DNA of 64,000 nucleotides from the human T2T-CHM13v2.0 reference genome, Homo sapiens: NCBI RefSeq assembly GCF_009914755.1, contig NC_060929.1. One strand, given 5' to 3'. Of the stretch, positions 21,323-34,357 are shown in pieces. The notes beneath the pieces were generated by a model. That model was not told the DNA's origin and ran no database searches. It saw only the letters and a list, made by a program, of their open reading frames with translations. Position numbers and translations under genes: made by a program. Within the stretch, counting starts at the first letter, position 1. The number at the start of each line of letters is the position of its first letter.

Positions 21323-22180
21323 CCAACCCCCTGTGGCTTTGATTTTTAAGCACTGGAGTAATTCTCACATGGTGAGGTGTGAAGGGCAGGAACCAGTATA
21401 AAGATAATGCCAGAAGGATGACATTATTATGTTTGAGCATTATAGTAACAACAGTCACTTACTGAGCACTTACTACGTAACAGAAAGAGGACATGAGTAT
21501 ATACTTTGTTACTCCAAGCAAGACCTTCTTGTACATTTTCCTCTAAGAGGACCTGTTTTACGACCTGCTGAGCCACTTCTTTGAGCCATAATTTCCATTT
21601 CTAGGTACATGGCCTAGTAGATATTACCTTGGACTTGGGGCTAGAAGTCTTCATTCTAGTCCTGGCTGTCACTCATCAGTTGTGTGACTTTGGGTAAGCA
21701 CCTTTCCCTCTCTGGGTCTTATTTGCCTCATGCGTAAGTAAGGAGATTGGATAGAGAATCCACAAAATTCTTGGGTTATTGGCCAAAAGCTTCAGCAGGG
21801 CTGTTGGGAACTTTGTCGTTGTGGTAAACACATTGCAGGCAGGGTCACATCAGCTGCAGAATTCATGTGTGAGAACACACATCTTTTGCTTTCTGTCTCT
21901 GTCTTTTCAACCCCCTTCCCTCCCTCTACCCCCAGTACACTGGGCACGTGATTTATTCTTTTCACTGCCTCATAAGCACTGCCCTGCAAGTCACTGAAAA
22001 TCCTGAGTGTGCCTTAGTCCCAACCTGATGGTTTTGATTTTTAAGCACTGGAGTCATTTTCACATGGAGTGGTGTGAGAGGGAGGCACCATTATAAAGAT
22101 TATGCTAGAAGGATGACATTATTATATGTTTGGGCATTATAGTGATAACAGTCATTTATTGAGCACTTACTATGTATCAG
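21323..22180. repeat. Diverged ~160-bp direct duplication (21323-21483 and 22020-22180)
   Basis: Both copies contain tttgatttttaagcactggagt...agaaggatgacattattat...aacagtca..gagcacttacta. Confidence 0.85.
21610..21760 (+). mobile_element. MIR
   Basis: ttctagtcctggc...tgtgtgactttgggtaagca..ccctctctgggtc..cctcat core. Confidence 0.7.
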
Positions 22181-22389
22181 GAATGGTACAAAGGACTTTA
22201 TTTAAAAAAAACACAAATAATAGTTAATTTTTACTAATTCTTATTATGTGCCAGTGCCAGCTACTATTAGAAATACTTCATGTATATTTTAAATCACTGA
22301 ATACTCACAAGTATTAGCTTAAACCTACATAGTATGACTACAGAGTTCATGCTTTTAACCATTACATAATATAAGGTCTATTGTCAGTT

Positions 22390-22550
22390 CTTCCAACCCT
22401 GTGAAGTATTTAAAATTTAATTATCCTTGTAATTACAGATAAGCAAGCTGAGCCTTAGAGTGGGCAGGTAACTTGCTTTAGGTCACACAGCTAGAGCCAC
22501 AATTTAAACTCAGATATGTATGATTTAAGCTCAGATTTCTAATTACTGTA
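22390..22550 (-). mobile_element. MIR
   Basis: acagataagcaagctgagcc..gtaacttgctttaggtcacacagcta. Confidence 0.7.
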
Positions 22551-22949
22551 TCTTGTCAGCAAATTATCTGATGACAAAACAGCCCCATGAGATAGACCTG
22601 TTGGATCTTATCATGCCTGCTGGTCAGATGAAGCTCTGAGAAGTGAACTATCTTGCTTAAGATCCCACAAGTCTGGGTACTTCCTTCTCTAGTCCCTAGT
22701 CACACATTTATAGTTCATCCTATGGCCCCAAAGAATGACCACCTTGGCCTCCATATTGAGAGATGAAGCTAAGCATGGAAGTCTTTATAGCAGAGAAAAC
22801 AGACTGACATTCTCACTCAGGTGTAAGGGACAAATATAAGATCCTTTTCTGAAAGCAGACTTTAGTAAAGGGAGAGGAGGACAATATGAAGACATCAGGT
22901 CTCTGGGTGGGAGGAGAAGGCATGATGGATTGCGGAGTCTGTGCAGAGG

Positions 22950-23570
22950 CAAGAGGCTGACGTTGTTGACGTCAAATCTCCAGCTGCACAATTTTAACTA
23001 GAAACTGGCTCGGTTTAATGCACACCTTTTCTGCATTGAATCAATTTTCTCTCTGTAAATTTGGGCTTCCTGCAGCGCAGATACATTTCCATCCCAGCCT
23101 CATTGCCAAGCGTCCAGTTCCCATCCAGAAAAGTGGGGGAGGGGTTGGTTGTAATCACATCTCACTGAGGGCTATAGAGCAGCCCCATTCCAATGCTGAG
23201 ACAGACGCGCAAGTCCTCGGGAGGAGACGCATGGGTGGGGTGGCTGCGGAAACGCAGCAGATGGAGGTTGCTGGCCTCCAGTTGGGGCCTGAGCGGAGAG
23301 CTGAGCCCCCTCCATCCCATCTGCCACTCCCACCGTCTTCTCCAGCATTGCCTGGCAGTCCTGTAGCCCTTGGTCCAGGCAGAAGAGTGCTGTGCAATGA
23401 TGCTCCTAGCAATGGGAGCGAGCGCATGGATTGGGAGGGGGGAAGCGAAGGAGGATAGACGCAATGCAGAGGCGGCTAGGGCAATCCTTTGGGCTCTCAG
23501 GCTGAGGCTGGAAGAAGGCAGAACGGAGTGGGTGGGTGGCCTTTCAGGAGCTGGACCACCGGTCAGCAAT
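22950..23570. promoter_or_regulatory. Unique GC-rich, CpG-retaining promoter/enhancer-like element
   Basis: TGACGTCA 22967-22974, half-CRE 22958-22963, E-boxes CAGCTG 22981 and CAGATG 23258, reverse CCAAT (gattgg) ~23429 followed by gggagggggg; about 20 CpGs in a CpG-depleted context. Confidence 0.55.
23164..23374 (+). ncRNA. Candidate structured RNA element (nested multi-helix fold), unassigned
   Basis: Co-linear complementary blocks with G-U pairs and a GAAA tetraloop hairpin; see findings. Confidence 0.35.
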
Positions 23571-24559
23571 GGTGCTCTTTCAACCCAATTTTTTTTACAG
23601 GGTAGGAGACAGATGGTGGGTGGACAGAACTGTTAATCCCATAGATCTAGGATGATTCAGAATGAGGCAGAGGTCAGGGATCAGGCAAGAGCTGGGGATG
23701 TCAGGAATGGGTGAGCTCCATGACTGAGTTATTAGAGCATTTTTCAATCACCATAGAGACCTTGAGGTATTTTGGACTGAAGGGTTGGGAGAGAGGGATA
23801 TGGATCCTTTATGTTAGGTGGCTGAAAATAAAATAAATGTCTAAGAACTAAATTTGGAATTAAGAAAACGGGGTTTGCCTTCTTGCTGCTGCATAATTTA
23901 CTCTGTGACCTGTGTGAATGGTGTCACGTCCCTGGGCCATCTGTGACCAGGGGGTGCTAGCTGCTCAGCCTCCTTTGTAGGGTTGAGGCAGGGATCACAC
24001 AAATTGCATCACAAATAGAGATTTGCCTTAACATCACGAACATGGCAAAACCCATACCTTGCTCTTTGTGGAGATCTGTAGAATGACTAATAGTGAGGGC
24101 TGAGATCAGAGAAATCTCTCTCCAACTTGGAATTCATCTGTGTCTCTCATGAGGTGTGGCGTGGGAAGTCTTCTACAGGTAATAAAATGCAGGACCAGTG
24201 CGAGCTGTCCAAGGTCTCACATTGTGATTGACAGTGACCAGAATCTGCACCTAGGGTTCTTGGTGATAGGTTTGTACCCTCGGGACAATATTGACTGAAC
24301 TGTTGAACAACAGTGGGCTTTTCTATACTCAGGCAAAAATTTCCTTGCCATTCCCGGCAAAATCAGCCTTTACCCCTGGATGCCTGAATATCATTTACAT
24401 TTGGAGTCTAAGCAAGTGAATGATTCCCAATGACACTTGATTTTCATCCATAGTTGGCAAACATGATTGACTACAAAATCGGCGGTAGACCAAGGGAGGA
24501 GCGGACAACTAGGGAACTGCTGGCCCAACTCCCTCTGTTTATTGTAATATTGGCTTCTG

Positions 24560-24960
24560 TTTATTCATCACTTACTATGTGTCTGTGTTGTATTGTTTGA
24601 GTTTTTTATGTGGATCATCTTGTGTAATTCTGCGAGGTCAGGGCTTTTATATTATTATTTACAGATGATGGCACTGAGTCATAAAGAGGTTAGGTAAGAC
24701 CCAGGGTCATACAGCTAGAAGTAAAAGAGCCAGAATTTGAGCTGAGATAGGGAGAGATATTGGCTAAGATTATTCAGCAAGTGGCAGAGCTGGGCCTAGA
24801 AGCACAATAGTTTAGAGTTGGAAAAAAGAAATGTAGGTTCCTCAGAATTAATCTTCTCCTTGTATAGATGAAGATGCTGAGGTACACAGAGGTTAAGGCT
24901 GCCCTAGGATTCCCCAGTGAGTCTCTGGCAGAACTGGAATGCAATTCAAGTCTACTAATT
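24560..24960 (-). mobile_element. MIR/MIR3 fragments
   Basis: acagatgatggcactgagtcataaagaggttaggtaa; tagatgaagatgctgaggtacacagaggttaag. Confidence 0.65.
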
Positions 24961-25470
24961 ATCTGCCAATCCCCTTTCTGTTACTTAGGCTTCCTAAGTC
25001 CACGTAAGTCCAGATTCAGTGAGTTCATTATTCACTCACCTCTTTAAGAAACTAGAGGGAGAAAAACGACTGACAAATTCTTTCCTCTAAGGACCCATAT
25101 GAGATAACACTAGAAGTTGGCTTTTAAAAACAGATGAGTTTTTTGGCTAATAATACTAGTTATTATGTGGCCAGAAGCCTACAACCAACTCTATCAATGT
25201 GGAATTGCATCAGAGATGCATTGTATAGACCCAGAAACATGCCTAGCGAAAACAAAACAATAGCAGCAGATGCATGCATGAGAAAACAACAATTTAAGTA
25301 GTAAAGGCTGTTATGTCTACCATTCCATTCTATGATGGAATGCTCCATGGTAAACTGAGATGGAAAGATATGGAAGACATGAATGCAGTTGGTCTTAATT
25401 TCCATGGTTTCTCTTAGTGTGAACATTTCTCCTCACTGAGCAATATGCCAGTGTTTAAAGATTTGAATTT

Positions 25471-25646
25471 TAGCCAGGCAAGTGGTGTGCATCTATAGTT
25501 CCAGCTACTTCAGAGGCTGAGGCAGGATGATAGATAGAGCCCAGGAATTTGAGGCTGTAGTGTGCTATAATTGCATCTTTGAATAGCCACTGCACCCCAG
25601 CCTGGGCAACATAGCAAGATCCCCACCTCTTAAAGAAAAAATAAAA
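25471..25646 (+). mobile_element. FAM (fossil Alu monomer, 7SL-derived)
   Basis: Monomer retaining the 7SL-like tgaatagccactgcac segment; A-rich tail. Confidence 0.8.
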
Positions 25647-26399
25647 TTTTTATATATAGCGTGTTTGATATCTGTACCTATTGCCATCCAGTGTTGGCAT
25701 AAAGGATTATGTTTGCTATTTTCTACTAATGAGGGATTAATGGGGTTTTCAAATTATTTTTAGTAACTTGAATCAGGCATTCTTTTCACCTTTTGCTCTG
25801 ACTTTGGGAATTAATTCCATCTCTGAGCATCCCTGAAAGGCTTCCTCTGCCACACAAATATCTCCTAGCCAGAATGCTGTAGTATCTGAGATTCCACTAT
25901 CATGTACTTGTTTAAGGCAATTAAGACTCATGTGAAGACAAACCTTAGTAAGTCAATAACATGTTAGCATGGACTGCTTTTCAAAAGAGAAAGAGCTTGA
26001 AGCTTAAAAAGATGGGATATAGTACAAGCATATATTGATTATGGGAGATAAATGAGGAAAGGGAGGAGGAATATGGAAGACCAGATTAATGACAGCAAGC
26101 TAAAAGAGGAGATGAGAAGATACAAGACCAAGATCTACATCTCATAATTTCCTTCAGTACAGTCCTACTTATATTTGTTTTTCCTTTTGTCCCTGAATGA
26201 GCACCTGTTGTTTGAGATCAACTTCTTTCTGCTTTGAGAACTGAATTACTCCCTGTTGCAGTGATTCTTAATTTTATTATCTGCTCCCTTATGTGTGTAA
26301 TGAAAACTGTAGAACCTGTTTTGGGAAATGTGCACATGTCTTTGAAGCTTTACCTAGAAACTCAGAGGGTCCTCTGACCCCTAAGGGTAGAAGATCTTG

Positions 26400-26550
26400 A
26401 TACAGTCTGGTGAAATGTATAACAGATGTGAAGTAAGGAGGGTTAGGTCCTAGCTCTGGTTTCTACTAATAGTCTATATATTTGGGGAAGTCTCTTCTGT
26501 AAGCATAAATTCTTTCATTAATAGAATCAAGGGGGATGACCCAGGATGAT
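26400..26550 (+). mobile_element. MIR
   Basis: ggtcctagctctggtttctactaa..tttggggaagtc. Confidence 0.5.
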
Positions 26551-28084
26551 TCATTTCATTTCAAACCCTAATCTTCAGAGAAGCCCTGGGAGAAGGAATT
26601 GAGACTAGGGGCAGATGAATAGCTTTGCTGGTGGGGCTTCTCACTTTCCATTTTTGAATCTGAGCGGCCTCTGAGCACAGGAATTCTGTTTGGTTAACAC
26701 TGGAAGTCTGAAGGGCTCAGTGTTATCTGGCTGGTCATTTTAGCTCTTCAAGGAGTGGGAAGGAGTGATCAGGCTTCCCTTTGTGGTTAAGAGACTCTCA
26801 GAGCCCTTGAACATACTTGAATATTCATGTGCTTTCTCTTGCCCAGTGCATTGTTCTGTCCCCAGCTGTCCTTTCTTCTGAGTCTGAGCCCCCAGCTCCT
26901 TTAGATCAGGCTTTATTACTGCTGCGTGGGACAGCTTGGTTTTGTTTGACTCTTTGAGAAGAATAGTGCCTAGGTTGGAGACAGGAGGCGAGGAGAGACT
27001 GAGGAGGGGTACTCTAGCTCAGCTGTGGCCCTTTTGAGAGGTGAAAGGAAGATTTATGATGCCACTTGTCAACTACAAGATGGATGGAGGTGCCCAGACT
27101 GTGAACTCCCGTGAAATGAAGGTTATGGTAATAATTAGGGTCCCTGGAGATGTAGCTGTTGGTGGTGTGATCAACTCTCCTAACAGTGATGGTTCCCAAG
27201 CCCCCTCCTCTGTCTGTCTCTCCCCTAATAGGCATTCTTTGTTCCTCTGCTGAGTCTGTCACTCTGTTTCAAGGATAACCAACTACTGATTGATTATCTG
27301 TGCTCATGAAGGGGAGTGTTACCATGCTGAGAAGAAATTTTTTATGTTAGTGTCTTGGATAAATGAAACAATGGAAAATGAAAAATCAGTTTATTTTTGG
27401 CTTCAGAATTTTCATGCTTTGCCTGAACTATTGGGAACAGTCTATATGCACGTGCATGATCACCCTTTACTTTGCCTGCCCTTTATTTCCCCTCATTTAT
27501 CTCCCTAGCCTGCAGCTAGAGGACAGAGAGAAGCCCGGAAATGCTCACAAAGAATGTCCCAAAGACAGCTAGATGGGATACACCTCCTGGGAAAAAGTCT
27601 GAGCGCAAGAACTCTATCACCAAATACTTTAGGGAAATTCTATATACACATCAGGGCTTTACAGAGTTAAAATGCACACTGCATGTGAAAGAGTTTGGAA
27701 AGTCCTGTTATTAAAGAATACCATTTGGTTTAAAGTTTCCCATGCTTTTTTTTTATCTCAAAATGCTTTTTTGTTGCATCACATTTACTACCCCCCTGTA
27801 GATTTAGTGTTATTCAAAACTTACTTCGGGAAGCTTTGGTATTTATAAGGGGTATTGGCAATGCTTGATGTCCAAGACAACCCAGTCTTCCAAGTGGAGT
27901 GGGGTTAGATGTTTTTCTGCCCAGCATTGGTGCAGACTTGATGTGTGACTTTTGCAACGTTTCCATATCTTATTTTTTAAATAATCCTGGCATATATAGA
28001 GTTTATCCCCATTTAGAATGGGCCCTTACTGAAGTGTGGTTCTAAATTGAGTATTGTGGTAACGCTTTTGTTTAAAATCTCTTC

Positions 28085-29345
28085 ACTGAGTTATAATTCA
28101 CATAAAAAACTCACCACACATATATATAGAGTGTACAGTGTGATACGTTCTGGCATATGTATACATCTATAAAACTGTTACTACAGCAAAGCTAATGAAC
28201 ATATCTATTACCCCAAAAGTCTCTTCATGTCCCTTTTTAATCTCTTCCTTCTGCTCTCAGGGCCGCTTCACCCTTTCCTCATCCCCAGGCACTCACTGAC
28301 CTGCTTTCTGTCACTATGGATTAGTTTGTATTTTCTAGAATTCTGTATAAATGAAATTATAAAGTACAGTATGTACTTTAAAAATTTTTTATTTTTTATT
28401 ATTATGGAGACATAGTTGTACATATTTATGGGGTACATGTACATTGCTACAAGCATACAATGTGTAATGATCAAATCATGGTAGTTGCAGTATCCATTCC
28501 CTTATGCTTTGATCATTTCTTTATATTAAGAACATTTCAATTCTAATCTTTTAGTTGTTTTGAAACATACAATAAATTATTAACCATAGTCACCCTATTG
28601 TGCTGTGAAACAATAGATCTTATTCCTTCTATCTGTCTTTTTGTACCCATTAGCCAACTCCTTTTTATCCTCCTGTCCCCACTACCCTTCCCAGCTTCTG
28701 GTAACCATCATTCTACTGTCTGTCTCCATGAGTTCATTTTTTTTTTTTTTTTTTTTTTGTAGCTCTCGCATATAAGTGAGAACATGCGATATTTGTCTTT
28801 CTGTGCCTGGCTTATTTCATTTAACATGATGTTCTCTTCCATCCATATTGTAAATGACAGGATTTCATTCTATTTTATGACTGAATAATATTCCATTGTG
28901 TCTATGTACCACATTTTTTTAATCCATGCATCCATTAATGGGTACTTAGGTTAATTCCATATCTTGGCTGCAAAGAACATGGGAGTGTAGATATATCTTC
29001 TATATACTGATTTTCTGGGGTATATATCCAGTGGTGGTAGTTTTATTTTTATTTTTAGCTTTTTGAGGAACCTCCATATTCTTCTACAGGGGCTCTACTA
29101 ATTTACATTCCTGCAAATGGTTGTACTTTTATTTGGACTGATTTCTTTTAACATGATTATTTGGAGCTTCATTTATGTTGGTATATGTGTCAATAATTCA
29201 TTGATTCTCGTTACTGAGTAGTATCTCATTGCATGGAATTTGTTTATTCATTCACTTCTTAAACATTTAGGTTGTTTCTACTTTTTAGCTATTATAAAAC
29301 TGGCCTGAATATTTGTGTACTACAGTCTTTGTATGGACATATGCT
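28085..29345 (-). mobile_element. L1MB/MC-like 3'UTR interrupted by an L1MA-like 3' end (28380-29121)
   Basis: gagttataattcacata...cactgacctgctttctgtcactat; insert begins at a T-rich tail + gtacatatttatggggtaca; candidate TSD tgtacttt 28372-28379 / 29122-29129. Confidence 0.7.
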
Positions 29346-29349
29346 TTTG

Positions 29350-30880
29350 TTCTTGGGACTCATCTCACTTGGTCATGATGTATTACTCTTTTTATATATT
29401 ACTGGACTAAATATGCTAAAAGTTTGTTAAGAATTTTTATATTCATGTTCACAAGGGATATTGGTAGTTTTTCTTCATGTTATTTCTTCATCTGGTTTGG
29501 GTATTACGGTAATGCTTGCCTCACAAAATGAGATGGGAAGTATTCTCTTCTATTTAGTTTTCCTAAAGGGTTTATGTATAATTGGTATTGTTTCTTAAGT
29601 GTTTGGTAGAATTTATCATTGAAGCCATTTTGGGCCTGGAGTTTTCATTGTGGGAACATTTTGAATTATAAGTCCCATTTGTTTAATAGCTACATGGCAA
29701 TTGAGCTTATCTATTTCTTCCTGAACAAACATTGGTAGCTTGTGTCTCTCAAGGAATTTATCCATTTCATCTAAATGACCTTTGTTTTTGGTATAAAGCT
29801 TTTATAATATTCCCCTATTTTCCTTTTAATACTTGCAGAATGACTCAGCAATGATGTCACTTCTTTTACTCATGATTTTGGTAATTTGTGTCTTCTGTCC
29901 TTTTCCTTTGATCAGTCTGGCTAAATGGTAATCAATTTTATTGATCTTTTAAAAGAGCTAGCTTGTAATTTTATTGATTTTCTCTATTGTTTTCTATTTC
30001 TTTGATTTCTGCTCTGGTCTTTTTTTTTCTAGTTTCTTATGGTAGAAACTGAGATAATTGATTTTCTCCTTTTCTACTATAGATATTTTGTGCTATATAT
30101 TTTCCTCTAAATATTGCGTTAGTGGTATCCTATAGATTTTGATATGTTGCGGTTTCAATCTCATTCAGTTAAAATATTCATGATAACTTCCTGTGTGATA
30201 GCTAATTTCCTTTTTAATTTTTTCTTTGACCCATGAATCTTTTAAGATGCCATATTAATTACTTTTTAGATATTTAGTTATTTTCTAGTTATCTTTCTGT
30301 TATTTATTTCTAATTTAATTCCATTGTTGTCAGAAAACATACCTTATATGACTTGAATCTTTTAAAATCTCTTTCGACTTGCTTTATGGCCCACAATATG
30401 CTCTATCTTGAAATGTATTCTCTGTGTACTGAAGAGAACACGTTATTCTGCTGGTTTTGGATATTAATGTCAATTAGATAAAATTGTTTAAGAGTTTCAT
30501 TCATCTATATTATTACTAAATTTAAGTCTGCTTTTTTGCTTGTTCTATAAATTGTTGTTTAATTTTAGTAAGGGTATGAAACTGTAACTATAATTGTGGA
30601 TTACTCTTCCTCTTTGCAGTTCTATACATTTCTGCTTTATGTATTTTGAAGATGTATTACTAAGACATGCAAATGTTTCGGATTGTTATTTTCTCTTAGT
30701 GAATCTATCCCTTTATTATTTTGAAGTGACCTTATTTATCCCTAATAATATTCTTTGCTTTAGAATATATTTTGTCTGATATTAATATAATGATCCTAGG
30801 TTTCTTTTGATTAATGTTAGCATGGTATATCCTAATCCATCCTTTTACGTTTGACTCATTTATGTCTTTATGTTTAAAAA
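29350..30880 (-). mobile_element. Old L1M ORF2 region
   Basis: gtttggtagaattt..gaagccat..tgggcctgg; endonuclease-region words. Confidence 0.7.
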
Positions 30881-30909
30881 AGTTCCCATTTTTTGGCAAT
30901 CATGTGTTT

Positions 30910-32070
30910 TAAAATTTTATTTAACCACTTTATTGAGATATAATTCACATATCATACAATTTGCCAATTGAAATTTTATAATTCAATGTTTTTTACTATA
31001 TTCACACGGTTGTGCAACTGACACCACAATCAATTTTAGGACAATTTAATCACCCCCCCAAAAAACCTCATCATATATAGTAGCAGTCACTTTCATTTCA
31101 CCCTAATGTCTAGCCCTGTCCCAGACAACCACTAATCTACTTTCTGTCTGTTATAGTTTGCCTGTTCTGGTCATTTCTTATAAATAGAATCATATAATAT
31201 GTAGGTTTTTTGTGTGTCTGATTTCTTTTTGCTTTAGCATAATATTTTGAAGATTCTTCCATGTTGTAGGATGTATCAGTACTCCATGCATTTTCATGGT
31301 TGAATAATATGCCATTGTATAGATATTTTGTTTATTCATTCATTTGACAGGCATTTATGTTTTATTTTTTGGCTATTATAAGTAATGGTCTTATGAACAT
31401 TTTTATACATGTTTTTGTGTGGACATATTTTTAATTCTCTTGGGTATATACCTAGGAGTAGAGTTCCTGGGTCATATGATAACTCTATGTTTAACATAGA
31501 GGAAGAACCAAACTGTTTTCCAAAGTTGCTGCACCATTGTATATTCCCACCAGCGATGTTATAAGGATTATAATTTGTCAACATTTGTTGTTGTCTGCCT
31601 TTTCTTAGTGTTGTCCTTCTAGTGTGTGTAAAAGTGAGTTCCTTTTTGCATGTCCTTTTTAACAGAGAAGGTAGGCCCTCAGAGCTGTCAGCAGGGAGAC
31701 TACAGGGTCTAAGTAGAATTTTGACTTTTATTTTCTTTAAAGAACAAATCACATTCCTGTTACTTCTCCTTCATTTTAAAGTGAGGGCATTATATTAACT
31801 TTTTAAAAACAGTTTTTTTTTTTGCAGTACAATTTACGTCCTACACAATTGATTTATTTAAAGTGTATAGTCAGTGGTTTTTAGTATATTCACAGAGTTG
31901 TGTATCAGAGTTGTGCATCCCTCATAGCAATTCTCAAGTATTCTTCTTACCTCAAGAGGAAACCCTATAACCCTTAACCATCATCCTTCAAATCCCCCTT
32001 CCCCACATCCCTAGGTAATTGCTGATCTACTTTCTATCTCTATAGATTTGCCTGTTCCGGATGTTTCATG
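30910..32070 (-). mobile_element. L1MB-like 3'UTR fragments (two copies)
   Basis: ctttattgagatataattcacata; caaccactaatctactttctgtct; GIYPRE relic in ORF 31336..31752. Confidence 0.7.
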
Positions 32071-32531
32071 TAACTTTACAAAATGCTTATTGTTTTTCCT
32101 GTGGGAATGTAAAGTTTTCTTTTTAAAATAAATTTATTAAAACCAAAATTTAGTAAGCTGAAACAATATTAAGTAAAAATAATAAAGGTGATATGTATAG
32201 AAAAGGTCAAAATTGCTACGGTGATTGGTGGTGGACTACCACAAGTAGAGGAGATACCCTTGTGGTCAAATGCAAATGGCGAGCATTTGGGAAATGGTGG
32301 CTGATAGATTTCCTTGTTCTAGACTGATCTAGAAAACCACTTCATCTTAGGACTAGAACAGAGGCAGCCTTGAGTGTCTACTAGGCCCACAGATTTCTAC
32401 TATCTTTATTTCATTTTTTTTCACTTTTATGGGACACATGTACAGGTTTGTTATATAGATAAACTGCGTGTCACAGGGTTTTGGGGTACAGATAATTTCA
32501 TCACCTGGGTGATAAGCGCAGTAACCATTAG

Positions 32532-32900
<369 letters not shown>

Positions 32901-33583
32901 AGGTCTTGCTTTTTTATCCAGTCTGACAATCTCTGCTGTTTAATTGGGTATTATGTCTATTCCCACTTAATATGATTAATATGTTTAGATTTAAATCTAC
33001 TTTCTTACTATTTGGTTTTTGTTCCTTTTTTCTTTACTTCCTTTATTCAAACAGAGTATTTGATTTTTATTTCTCCTGTTATTTGTTCTCCTTTCCCTTT
33101 TGGTCTTGTCTTCTTTTGGGTTAATTATTTCTTATATTTTCATTGGTTTATCAGCCATAACTCTCTCTCTCTTTTACTTGCTTTAAGCATTATAGTATAT
33201 GTCTTTAACTTATCACAGTCTACCTTAAAGTAAAATTATGTTACTTCACCTATGGCAAAAGAAACAATAGTATACTTCCATTTCTCCCTTCCCAGCCTGT
33301 GTGCTAATGTCATGTATTTTACTTTCCCATATGTTAAAAAGCCCACAATTATTTTAGTTTGATAACCCAATTATCTTTTAAAGAGATTTAACTATTAAGA
33401 ACAATATCTCATATATTTACCCACACAATCACCATTTCCAGTGCTCTTTATTCTTTTGTATAGATCCATATTTTCTTTTGCTATTGTTCTGCCTCAAGGA
33501 CTTTAACATGTCTTGCAGGAAAGGTCTGTTGATAATAATTTCTTTGAGGCTTTGTATATCTGGAAAACACTTTATTTCATCTT

Positions 33584-33875
33584 ATTTATTTTTAGACAGA
33601 GTCTTGCTCTGTCACCCAGGCTGGAGTACAGTGTTGTGATCTAAGCTCACTGTAACCTCTGCCTCCTGGGTTCAAGCAGTTCTCGTGCCTCAGCCACCCA
33701 AGTAGTTGGGCTTACAGGTGTGCACCACCACATGTGGCTAATTTTTGTATTTTCGGTAGAGACAAGGTTTTTGCCATATTGGCCAGGCTGGTCTCCAACT
33801 CCTGGCCTCAAGTGATCCACTTGCCTTGAGCTCCCAAAGTGCTGGGATTACAGGCATGAGCCACTGTGCCTGGCC
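33584..33875 (-). mobile_element. AluS/J-boundary Alu (Sz/Jb-like)
   Basis: Full Alu; TSD tcatctt 33577-33583 / 33876-33882. Confidence 0.9.
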
Positions 33876-34034
33876 TCATCTTTAGTTTTAAAAGATATTT
33901 TTGCTAGGCATAAAATTCTAGATTAACTTTCTTTTCATCACTTTAAACTTGTTGTTCTATTGTTGCCTTGCTTGTTGTATTTTGATGAAAAATTTCCTGT
34001 CATCCATAGTTTTATTTCCATGTATGTTACAGAT

Positions 34035-34250
34035 ATTTGTGTGTGTGTATATATATGTATATACATATATAGAGTATATATACATATATATACGCACATG
34101 TATATATACACAATGTATAGCATATATAGTATATATACACATATATACACATGTATATATACACACAGTATATATACATAACTATATATATATTTATACA
34201 CATACACATGAATATATGTATATATACATTTGTGTGTATATATATATTTT
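34035..34250. repeat. Interrupted (TA)n/(CA)n/(TG)n tract
   Basis: ~215 bp of mostly alternating purine-pyrimidine sequence. Confidence 0.92.
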
Positions 34251-34357
34251 TTTCTTTGGCTGTTTTTGAGCAATTTAATTATGATATACCTTAGTGTAGT
34301 TTTCTTAATGTTTCCTATGCCTGGAATTTGTTGAATTTCTTGTGTCTATGGGTGTGG

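Noticed and set aside
23018-23458. 146-aa + ORF and overlapping - ORFs in the GC-rich island
   Set aside because: Several frames on both strands are open because of GC content; no recognisable domain; better explained as regulatory/structural sequence
26255-27840. hAT/MER-like relics (26255-26400, 27600-27840; also ~32140-32300)
   Set aside because: Too degenerate to name or bound by eye
33938-34273. Cluster of Y/I/C/H-rich ORFs
   Set aside because: Translations of the TA/CA simple repeat
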